Source: Trichodesmium erythraeum IMS101
Lineage (GTDB): Bacteria; Cyanobacteriota; Cyanobacteriia; Cyanobacteriales; Microcoleaceae
Length of the DNA stretch: 32,000 bases
Direction: 5' to 3'
Assembly: GCF_000014265.1 (NCBI RefSeq)
Contig: NC_008312.1
Span: 1,980,001-2,012,000, forward strand
Made by a program: the position numbers and the translations under genes. The notes under the pieces are model-generated. The model was given only the letters and a program-made list of their open reading frames with translations, was not told the origin of the DNA and made no database searches. Positions 20,615 through 29,329 of the stretch are shown here, in pieces. Each line of letters opens with the position of its first letter. Within the stretch, counting starts at the first letter, position 1.

Positions 20615-21211
20615 ATGACATCAGAAAAAGAATCCTCAAATCAACCAATTATAGATAATTCGACAACTCCCTGGTGGTTAAAAATATGGCAGGAACAAAA
20701 AGAAAATATTAAAGTTGTAGCGATCGCTCTATTCTTATCTTTATTAATCAGAATATTCATTGCGGAACCGAGATATATACCATCAGATTCAATGATGCCT
20801 ACCTTAAAAGTAGGCGATCGCCTAGTAATAGAAAAAATATCTTACAATTTTTATCCACCCACAACAGGTGATATCATCGTCTTTGAAGCACCCCAACAAT
20901 TGCAACCCTACGGTTATACAAAAAATCAAGCTTTTATCAAACGAATTATAGGTTTGCCAGGAGATACTATTAGAATTGAAAATGGTACAGTATATGTTAA
21001 TGACCAACCCCTTACTGAAAATTATATTGCGGAACCTCCTGAATATGCTTTACCAACTTCAATTAAAATTCCTGAAGATAAATATTTTGTAATGGGGGAT
21101 AATCGCAACAACAGTAATGACTCTCATGTTTGGGGTTTTTTGCCTAGAAAAAATATTATAGGTAAGGCAGTATTTCGTTTTTGGCCTTATCAAAGATTAG
21201 GATCAGTTTAA
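20615..21211 (+). CDS. lepB: Signal peptidase I, 198 aa
   Basis: Has an N-terminal TM helix, the catalytic Ser box IPSDSMMPTL, the Lys box FIKRIIGLPGD, and GDNRNNSNDSHVWGFLP. Confidence 0.93.
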   Translation: MTSEKESSNQPIIDNSTTPWWLKIWQEQKENIKVVAIALFLSLLIRIFIAEPRYIPSDSMMPTLKVGDRLVIEKISYNFYPPTTGDIIVFEAPQQLQPYGYTKNQAFIKRIIGLPGDTIRIENGTVYVNDQPLTENYIAEPPEYALPTSIKIPEDKYFVMGDNRNNSNDSHVWGFLPRKNIIGKAVFRFWPYQRLGSV

Positions 21212-21472
21212 AATAATCAGAAGGAATTAATTTCTGCTAAAAGTATTAATGAATAATCAGTTTAATATCCCAGCTCTGAAGTTTAAAATTGCAGAATATT
21301 CCGATAATTTCAGATACAAATATTAATCTTAAAACCTCTAAACTTCATCCGTATTGCTCACTAGTAGTTTACCTAACTAAGATAAAATTATCTATTAATC
21401 TGTGTGTAAAGTTATCGAAAAACCTTATTCCTAAACATTCCCATACTGATAACTTATAACATAAATAACAAC

Positions 21473-21790
21473 TTACCATGGTTGTTGATCTAAAACAGGA
21501 GGTAGACTTAAATTAGGAAATTTGTAGAATGTATCTCCTTGTTCATCTATTTCTAGAATTGCCGAGAATATTTGTACTTGATTTTCTAGATATCTCTGAG
21601 CAACTTGAGCATCAACTTTAGCAGCAGCAGCTAATTGAATTAGAGAGACTTTACCATTTTGAAGCTGTAATAATTTATAGAAAGCATCATCTAAAATACG
21701 CTGCTGCTGTCTATTATTTAACATATTAACTATAAATGCACCTAATACAATTCCTAACCCAGTAAGTATTACAATTTCTATAATAGCCAT
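21473..21790 (-). CDS. Small hypothetical membrane-anchored protein, 105 aa
   Basis: Intact ORF. The ATG at 21790 gives MAIIEIVILTGLGIVLGAFIVNML (one TM helix) followed by a soluble domain of normal, non-AT-skewed composition. The ORF-track start at 21820 is a non-ATG extension. Confidence 0.6.
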   Translation of the reverse strand: MAIIEIVILTGLGIVLGAFIVNMLNNRQQQRILDDAFYKLLQLQNGKVSLIQLAAAAKVDAQVAQRYLENQVQIFSAILEIDEQGDTFYKFPNLSLPPVLDQQPW

Positions 21791-21803
21791 TTTATCTAAA
21801 AAG

Positions 21804-21838
21804 GAAGAAGTAAGAATCAAGAAAAAGTAAGAAGTAAA
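21804..21838 (+). repeat. Purine-rich heptanucleotide repeat (gaagaag taagaat caagaaa aagtaag aagtaaa) in the 5' leader of the 105-aa gene
   Basis: Five 7-nt units, 14-48 nt upstream of the 21790 start. In mRNA sense the repeat reads tttactt cttactt tttcttg attctta cttcttc. Confidence 0.6.
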
Positions 21839-22255
21839 AATTAACTACAAAACCTCCTTTTTCTATAAACAACAACTAGGAATAAAAATCAGGAAAACTC
21901 ATATATATAATTCTAGTATAATGACACTAATTAACTTAATTATTTCCAACTTTTTTCCTATTTTGTAGTCTAACAAATATAACTTAAATTAATATTGTTT
22001 AATTTAACTAGAGTAATTGGTAATTTAGTCTTGTAATTATCTATAGCATTTTCCAATGATATTTCAAAAAATAGTTACTTATTTACTAACAGTAAAAAGT
22101 CCGCTGTTACCTTCTTAACCGTTGACTTTTGCATGTATATCGTTTTCATAAAAGAAGTCAGTTTTTTTGACATAACTTCTAGAAATTTATATAGAAATTG
22201 ATAGGCTAAATCATCCAATTACCCTAATTTAATACCAAATTTCCCAACCCAGAAA

Positions 22256-23392
22256 TTAGGCTTCAGGTTCCACAATATTTTCAAACCCAGCTACTACCTT
22301 CGCAGAAATAATTTTGTCTCCCTTGTTTAATTCTTCCAAAACCTTTTTTCCTGCAACAACATAACCAAAAACCGTATAACGACCATCCAATAAATTTACT
22401 CCGGCAGGGGTTAATTCTGGTTGGAATAGGAAAAAGAAAAATTGAGAAGAAGCACCATCATTTTCAGCTTCAGGCCGAGCCATTGCTACTGCACCATAAG
22501 CAGAAAAAGGCAGAACAGGAAGTTCGCGAAAACGGCCAATCTCTTCTAAAGTAAAACTATATATCGGTTCGTTGTCTCCCTGGACTAAAATTTCTAATGG
22601 GATATTACGGTACTTCCCACTATCTGGGTCAATAAAACCAACTTCTGGGCCTGGAGGATCTCCAGCTTGCAAGACATAAGACTGTTCTGATCGAATAAAC
22701 TCTAGGCCATCATAAAAACCCCTCTGAACCAAATCTACAAAATTACCTGCTGTAACAGGGGCACTATAACCATCAACAACTAAAGTCAAGGAACCTTTAT
22801 TAGTTTCCATGTCAATAGTAGCGCGACCTTTGAGTTGCGGTAAATTAGAAAAATCTGAAGGCACTTCAAACGGAAAACCTACTACCATTAACTGTTCAAG
22901 CTGACCTACTAATGTCAGTAGTTTTGCCCGTTGCTCTAATACCTGTTCCCCATCTTTAGCTTCAGCAACCTCTTTAATATCAATAATACCTTGATCGAGT
23001 ATAGCAATTATTTCCTCTGCCTCAGGTTGTTTTGATTCAGGAACACTAGCTAGCAATTTAGGTTTATTGATACTGAGAACTCTTGATGCAGTCCCAATAT
23101 CACTAACAACAGAAGTCCAACGTTTACCTCGTAATCTGTTAGAAATATCTTCTAGACTACTTTGTATTTTACGCACAGGTTCATTTTCTATTGGTAGAGC
23201 ATACCTTAACAAGGCCCTACCATCAGTAATAGGGTCTCCCTGGGGCAAACGACTTTGACGAGTTGTTGTCATACCACCGTTCCACCAAGCAGCACTAATA
23301 CCAATAGACAGAGTAATAAGTAACAGCCCTAGGATAGCAGTTTTAAGCAGACGTTTACAAGTGTTCATTACGAAATTGCGCAAATTTACCAT
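22256..23392 (-). CDS. Cyclophilin-type peptidyl-prolyl cis-trans isomerase with long N-terminal helical domain (CYP38/TLP40-like, likely lumenal/periplasmic), 378 aa
   Basis: Has an N-terminal signal/anchor (LLKTAILGLLLITLSIGISAAWW) and C-terminal cyclophilin motifs GNFVDLVQRGFYDGLEFIR, SQFFFFL and GRYTVFGYVVAGKKVLEEL. An alternative start at the second Met (MNTCKR) is possible. Confidence 0.88.
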   Translation of the reverse strand: MVNLRNFVMNTCKRLLKTAILGLLLITLSIGISAAWWNGGMTTTRQSRLPQGDPITDGRALLRYALPIENEPVRKIQSSLEDISNRLRGKRWTSVVSDIGTASRVLSINKPKLLASVPESKQPEAEEIIAILDQGIIDIKEVAEAKDGEQVLEQRAKLLTLVGQLEQLMVVGFPFEVPSDFSNLPQLKGRATIDMETNKGSLTLVVDGYSAPVTAGNFVDLVQRGFYDGLEFIRSEQSYVLQAGDPPGPEVGFIDPDSGKYRNIPLEILVQGDNEPIYSFTLEEIGRFRELPVLPFSAYGAVAMARPEAENDGASSQFFFFLFQPELTPAGVNLLDGRYTVFGYVVAGKKVLEELNKGDKIISAKVVAGFENIVEPEA

Positions 23393-23448
23393 ATTTGTGA
23401 AATTTTATTCTCTTAGCTTATATTACATGTCTGTCCACAGTCTTAACG

Positions 23449-23483
23449 AAGTCATAAGTCAGTATTCAGAAGTCAGAAGTTAT
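23449..23483 (+). repeat. Heptanucleotide tandem repeat (aagtcat aagtcag tattcag aagtcag aagttat), STRR-like, in the 5' leader of the cyclophilin gene
   Basis: Five consecutive 7-nt units, 57-91 nt upstream of the 23392 start. In mRNA sense the consensus is ctgactt. Confidence 0.75.
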
Positions 23484-25047
23484 CTTTCTCTGCAGTATGG
23501 CAGTGAGCAACTCTCCAAAGATATTTCGATAATTCAGCTGGGGTCCCGGGACTAAATTATTTGGGACAGATTTTTGGGGACAAAAATTAGGTGATTTTTG
23601 ATTAGGCGTTAAAGGTGTTAAAGGTTATTTTTTATCTTCCACAATATTTAACCATTACCTAAAAAGGTGACAAAGAGAACTAAAATTCTAATTGGACAAT
23701 GCGTTGCGCCCTCTTACCTTTTCAATAATTGAGTCGATGTTACGGACAATTGGCCATCAGTTGCTCGCCTTCTTTTGCCAAAACTTCTAGAGAAATTTTG
23801 CCAAGTTTGCCCTCTATATTCCGATATAAAAATGGCTATGGTGTGGATATTTGTTCCTTTTTATGCATAATTTTTATTCTAAAAAGACAAATTTTGGTAC
23901 CATTAATAATAGATTCAGTTTCAGCAAAAGTACTTAATAATTTTAAATACATTAAGCATTTACCTATAACTTGAGATCCTTACAGATTATAGACTCTATT
24001 TTGCAAATTAAAGAAAATTTTCTTAACGTATATTCGTTGTTTATCAGTAATTAAAAATTTTATAATTTGAAAATATTTGTGAGTATAAACTAAGCTGATT
24101 ATGGATAACAATGTAAATATTTTTTTCTGGTATTTTGTAGATACATTAAAAAAACATAAATTTTAGTGTTTTATTTTTTATTTTATCTTGATTTAATTTC
24201 TAATTATTCGATAGTAATATTGAGGAATTTATCAAAATAAATGATAATTTTTTTTCTATAAAAAAACTAAGATAGGTCTTTTATTAGTCTTTTAAACATT
24301 AATTTGGCTTCATGATATCAAATTTACATCTCATAAAGCTACTTTTTTTATAACTAGCACATAGAGTTAAATCTATAAATCATAATTATTCTATATCAGG
24401 AAAATAAATATTATTTTTTTTTGATATTTTTGATGTAAAAATACAAAATAAAATGCTTATAAGTTAGGTCAAGTAATAACATTTTAAAGACAGACTATTT
24501 AGTCAGATAAATAGATAAATATAGTCTTGAACTTTTTAAAATATTTATTAAAATTACTCATTTAAGAGGAGAAAATAAAAAAATAAAATTTCATTTTATA
24601 CAAATAAAAAAATGTTGCATAGCCCGACTAAAACTTTCAAATAGAGTGTATTTTTGGTATTTGATTGGGTAAGGTTTCCAATCCTTTACATCTATGTTCT
24701 ATATTCAATATTCAGAGCAATTAAAATAAAATTTTTCAGATGACCCCCCAGATGAAATTTTCGTGAGCCCACGAGATATTTATAGTCAAGTTGAGGTAAT
24801 TTGTTCATTATCATTAAGATGAGGCTTGTTGATTTTGAGGAGACTTATCTTAATAATAATAATTTTGCTGAATACTTTATACATATAACTTTTCAACCTT
24901 GATTGTCACTTCTTGAGAACTATTACTTCGAGTCCCAAATTTTTACTCCTAAGTGATAAACTCCTGAAAATATTTATAGAGAGTATTGTAGGATGTCTAA
25001 TGTTAACTTCTAATTGAAACAATTAAAAACCGCAATCACGGTGTTAT

Positions 25048-25605
25048 ATGATTTCTAGTAATGATTTTCGCCCCGGTGTGACCATAGAATTAGATGGTTC
25101 AGTTTGGCGAGTAGTAGAATTTTTACACGTTAAACCAGGCAAAGGTTCTGCTTTTGTTAGAACAAAGCTCAAAAATGTACAAAATGGTAATGTTGTGGAA
25201 CGAACTTTTAGAGCTGGAGAAACAGTCCCTCAAGCTACTTTGGACAAGAGAGCGATGCAGCATACATATAAAGATAGTGACCAATTTGTATTTATGGATA
25301 TGGAAACCTATGAAGAGACCAATTTAAGTTCTGAACAAATTGGTGAGCGTGTTAAGTATCTGAATGAAGGGATGGAGGTCAATGTTATTATGTGGGGTGA
25401 ACAAGTAATAGAGGTGGAGCTACCCAATTCTGTAGTATTAGAAGTAATCGAAACTGACCCTGGGGTTAAAGGAGATACTGCTACTGGTGGTAGTAAACCT
25501 GCTACAGTAGAAACAGGTGCCCAAATTATGGTTCCCTTGTTTATATCCAAAGGAGAACGGATTAAAATAGATACCCGTAATGACTCTTACTTGGGTAGAG
25601 AGTAA
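25048..25605 (+). CDS. efp: Translation elongation factor P, 185 aa
   Basis: Begins [17 protein letters not shown], has [15 protein letters not shown] (the modified-Lys loop region), and shows the full three-domain length. Confidence 0.97.
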   Translation: MISSNDFRPGVTIELDGSVWRVVEFLHVKPGKGSAFVRTKLKNVQNGNVVERTFRAGETVPQATLDKRAMQHTYKDSDQFVFMDMETYEETNLSSEQIGERVKYLNEGMEVNVIMWGEQVIEVELPNSVVLEVIETDPGVKGDTATGGSKPATVETGAQIMVPLFISKGERIKIDTRNDSYLGRE

Positions 25606-25623
25606 TTCTAGGGTACTTATTTT

Positions 25624-25650
25624 GGCAGGGTTATTATTCCCCTGCCTTTT
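25624..25650 (+). terminator. Intrinsic terminator of efp
   Basis: Perfect 7-bp GC-rich stem ggcaggg / ccctgcc with a 9-nt loop, followed directly by tttt, 19 nt after the efp stop. Confidence 0.75.
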
Positions 25651-26187
25651 GGTGTTAAATTCTATATTTATAGCAGCATTCTACTTTAAGAAGTAAATAT
25701 ACTGATGGTTTTAGGGAGTAGGATATTGACAACAGTTAGGTTTTTTTATTTGGAAAGGCATCATAGGGTAGAACAAGTTCGACAAAGGGGAAAAGTTGAC
25801 AAGAAACCACAAATGATGGAAATTTCTAATGATCAACTGTAAAAGTTCTCGCTTCAAAAAAGATTATGAAAATTTTTGAGCTATTACACACAGTGTCCCA
25901 TTCCAGAGAGATAATCTTTGACAGACTAAGTTAGTTACTTAGTATAAGATTTTTCTCGAGTTACAATAAATAAGCCCTGCCCTGATGAGAAAGTAGGATA
26001 GGGAACAAGCTCAGAATATCTACCAATCAGTTGTACTATATTAATCTGGAATCTGCTGTATATATTTGATAAGTGAGAGTTTTTCTGACTTGAGAATTTA
26101 CTTAAAGATACTTAAACATTAATAAAATTAATATTTTTATTCAAAATTAATTTAGTTTAATGCTAATTAACTGGAGATATAAGAACT

Positions 26188-26691
26188 GTGCAATTAGATT
26201 TACATCAACTTCAGGAACTACTCAAAGCAATAGACCAAACTAATATTTCGGAGTTGACTCTAAAAAGTGGAGATTTAGAACTGGTGGTACGCAAAGAAAC
26301 TTCATCTAGCGATCGCCACTCATTACCTTCTTCTAACAAGAGCGATACTATTTCCGAATTAGTTTCTCCTACTGTAGCAGCGTTGGAAACAATGGCTACG
26401 TCAAAAACCTCTGTAATGCCTCCTGCCGCACCACCTACGGCTTCAAACAAATTTGAAGAAATTTTGTCTCCAGTTGTTGGTACTTTTTACCGTGCTCCGA
26501 ATCCTGATGAAACACCGTTTGTGGAAGTGGGCGATCAGATTACTTCTGGCCAAACAGTTTGTATTATTGAAGCGATGAAGGTAATGAATGAGATTGAAGC
26601 AGAGGTATCTGGACAAATAATGAAAGTTTTAATTAAGAATGGAGAACCAGTAGAATATAATCAACCTTTAATGCTAGTTAACCCCAACTAA
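26188..26691 (+). CDS. accB: Acetyl-CoA carboxylase biotin carboxyl carrier protein, 167 aa
   Basis: GTG start with ggag 13 nt upstream. Has a Pro/Ala-rich linker and the biotinyl-lysine motif [15 protein letters not shown]. Confidence 0.93.
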   Translation: MQLDLHQLQELLKAIDQTNISELTLKSGDLELVVRKETSSSDRHSLPSSNKSDTISELVSPTVAALETMATSKTSVMPPAAPPTASNKFEEILSPVVGTFYRAPNPDETPFVEVGDQITSGQTVCIIEAMKVMNEIEAEVSGQIMKVLIKNGEPVEYNQPLMLVNPN

Positions 26692-26705
26692 ACTTGATCA
26701 AAATC

Positions 26706-27058
26706 ATGCCACAATTAATCCATAATCCTATTCGGATTCAATCTAATGGTAATAAACTAAGCAAATTGATAAGTATATTGGCTGTGTAAATAGTCAAACC
26801 CATTCTATTAGTGTTGCCCAAATGCTTTCTCTCAGTGGTTGGATGGAACCAGGTTAAAGGCCAGAGTTTGATGAATTTACCCTGGTACTCAAGAGCACTC
26901 TCTTTGTTGAATATCAAGGTGGACAATTGTAAGTTGATGCAGGCCAAGCATTAATAGCTCATAAAGGAGAATGGGTAAAATATAGTACACCTGGTGCAGA
27001 GGGAAAAGAATATGTCGCTATTTGTTTATCTGCTTTGTCCCCGGATACTGTAAATTGA
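26706..27058 (+). pseudogene. Small cupin-domain protein pseudogene, lightly damaged (one frameshift, two in-frame stops)
   Basis: Frame 1 reads MPQLIHNPIRIQSNGNKLSKLI... then hits a stop. A shifted frame continues YIGCVNSQTHSISVAQMLSLSGWMEPG*RPEFDEFTLVLKSTLFVEYQGGQL*VDAGQALIAHKGEWVKYSTPGAEGKEYVAICLSALSPDTVN*. This is a coherent ~117-aa cupin-like sequence with near-normal composition. Confidence 0.7.
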
Positions 27059-27570
27059 AATTTTGAGTAAATGACAATTATAGCAATTGTGGCCATAAAG
27101 TCAAAAAATTTCTATCAACAGGACTCATTAGTTGTTAGTCATAAATTTGTCGGGAGACAAGTGTCGCAATTAATATTTTTAGCTGTAGATTATAAAGAGT
27201 AAGTATAGAGTGAAATAGAAACATTGTAGGGAGAAGAGAAATTTCCAAGGTATTTTCCTGGCTTCTGTATTTGCTGTCTGGAATCCTTAGAAAGATAAAA
27301 ACCTGTGCTGGAGATAGAAAATTTAATTCAGCAAGGAAGGAATAAGGATTTTATTCTCTACACAATTTGAATTGCCTAAACTCTGTATACTCTTGATTCT
27401 TTACTAAAAGTTATGGACCCTATTGATGGTGCTATCTACGATAGTGAGGTTAAGTTAAATAGGGCTTGCTAAATAAATATAGAATCCTGATGTATCATCA
27501 GTTTAAGTGGTATTAGACGAGGAAGAGAGTAAAAATACTCTTGTTAACATTCACTTCTTAGGATTTTCCC

Positions 27571-27664
27571 TTAACTAAGAAGGAAGAAATAGGGAAAAAT
27601 CAACACTTACAACTGTTTCTTGACTGTTTCTTAATGCTTATTCCCTATTCTTTTCTTTAACTAA
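27571..27664. repeat. Imperfect ~25-bp inverted repeat pair (hairpin or MITE-like, ~95 bp)
   Basis: ttaactaagaaggaagaaataggga (27571-27595) pairs with the reverse complement of tccctattcttttctttaactaa (27642-27664), about 18 of 25 positions matching. Confidence 0.45.
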
Positions 27665-28320
27665 CAGATTTTTTCAACAGGCCTAAAATACTAATATCTA
27701 TTTCCCTATTTACTAAGGGGATAAATTTTTGTTTCGTCCTGTAGATGTATTGAGATGTATAAGTTAGACCGTTTCACTATCAGGACTCTAACTGCAAAAA
27801 TCACTACTTGTTGTACACCACTACTAATACTAAATTTAGTTGTGCATTACGGCCCTTTATGTCAATATTGGCTAAGCTTTGCGAAATGTCAAACAATAAT
27901 TATAATATAAACAATTTAATTATGTAATATATCTTGATAAGAGACTGTGTTTATTTGACAGTGATCATTGCTTTTTTATTTTCTTACCTTCAATACTTCT
28001 TCATGGCTATCTTTAGCTTTTTGTACAAACAGTCTCTAATTCTATCATTACTTTAATATCCAATCCCTTCATATCCCTTTCTCCAAAAGCTATACAATAA
28101 TTATTCAACTGGAATTAATATTACATATCATAAATCACCAGATTTTCTTCTAGAATTATGTCAATAGAGGTGGATTTTAATTTTCTTTGACTTGCTGATT
28201 AATTATCAAAGTATTGGTAGGTAAGATCAAAGCTCTACCTCAAAAAGTTAGAATTTTGGGCTGATCATTGCAGAAAAACAAGAGGCAATTCTTACAACTA
28301 CCTTCTCTACAATTGACATT

Positions 28321-28431
28321 TTTCGTAAGTCCTAACTTGCTACTCTCTCCCTAAAAAGACTTTTTCAGCAAACCCTATTTATTTGTTTGAAAATGACCCC
28401 TAAAGTTTTTTTTGATTAGGACTTACGCAAA
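28321..28431. repeat. Small inverted-repeat element (~110 bp) with 12-bp perfect termini cgtaagtcctaa
   Basis: cgtaagtcctaa at 28324-28335 and ttaggacttacg at 28416-28427, both flanked by ttt(t/g) on the outside. Confidence 0.45.
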
Positions 28432-28630
28432 TAAACCCGACTTATAGAAGCAATATCATTTGAAAAATAGGCATTGACAAAGAAGCTGGTTTCTGATTTT
28501 TTTGTGCATAAATTATAAATTATATAGGCCTATGTAAACATCTTAGGACATTCATCCGTTTTCTATTCTCTATTTCCTGTTACCTTATAAGCTAAATTTA
28601 TTGTCTTCACCAAAAGATGTAGTAATATAT

Positions 28631-29329
28631 CTAAAATTGAAACTCTTGTTGAAAGTTCTGCCGAGTAATAGGTTGAGATACTTCTAATCCTTCACTCCCT
28701 AACATTTCTAAAGGTTTGCCCTCCACAAAAATCCAAACTTTAACATCTGGCTCTAAACTAGAGGCAGTATAAATAACTTGTCCCAAACGCCCTATCATTG
28801 AAGCACTACCACCTCCATAAGTAAATTCCTCAGATAAGTCAATGTAAACACCGTTGTTTTCAACAGTTAAGGCTTGAACTTTGGTTCCTTCGGGTATTGC
28901 ACTTACAACATAGGTATTTTCTGGGCGAGATAATAAAAGGTCAAAAGCAGCTCTTAAAATAGCTTCCGGTTCATCTATTTCTTTAATTTTTACCGGAGAA
29001 GACGCTAAGCTAATACCTGTAGCAGTATCCTTAACCCAGTAGACTTCCACAGTCTTTTCTGTAACTGCTAATGGTTCTGATTTTATAGACAAAGGAAACT
29101 TTTGGGAGTTTGGAGATTTAATTGTATCAGAAGGAACAGAAGGTAAAGTCTGTAATGGTGACTCTTGAGTAGGGAGGTCTGTAAGAGTCTGGGGATTATT
29201 AGAAGTTTTTTTGGTGGTCAATTGTAAATTTGTCCACAACGCAATACCACCACCCACCACCACTGCTAATGCACAGACACTGGCCACAATACTAACAGAT
29301 AAATTTAGAGTTTGATTTTGTTTTTTCAT
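28631..29329 (-). CDS. GerMN domain-containing protein with N-terminal membrane anchor, 232 aa
   Basis: Has a TM anchor (SIVASVCALAVVVGGGIALW), a Pro/Ser/Thr-rich linker, then GerMN-like blocks VEVYWVKD, AAFDLLLS, VYIDLSEEF and GQVIYTASSLEPDVKVWIFVEGKPLE. Confidence 0.8.
   Translation of the reverse strand: MKKQNQTLNLSVSIVASVCALAVVVGGGIALWTNLQLTTKKTSNNPQTLTDLPTQESPLQTLPSVPSDTIKSPNSQKFPLSIKSEPLAVTEKTVEVYWVKDTATGISLASSPVKIKEIDEPEAILRAAFDLLLSRPENTYVVSAIPEGTKVQALTVENNGVYIDLSEEFTYGGGSASMIGRLGQVIYTASSLEPDVKVWIFVEGKPLEMLGSEGLEVSQPITRQNFQQEFQF

Noticed and set aside
23361-23974. ORFs 23361-23555 (+) and 23729-23974 (+), plus a minus-strand fragment NIEGKLGKISLEVLAKEGEQLMA that vaguely recalls a MazF/PemK-type C-terminus
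   Set aside because: The ORFs have implausible composition and no start context. The toxin-like resemblance rests on about 20 residues and cannot be supported without a search.
26738-26947. ORF 26738-26947 (-)
   Set aside because: It lies antisense to the cupin pseudogene, whose plus-strand reading gives a coherent conserved sequence.
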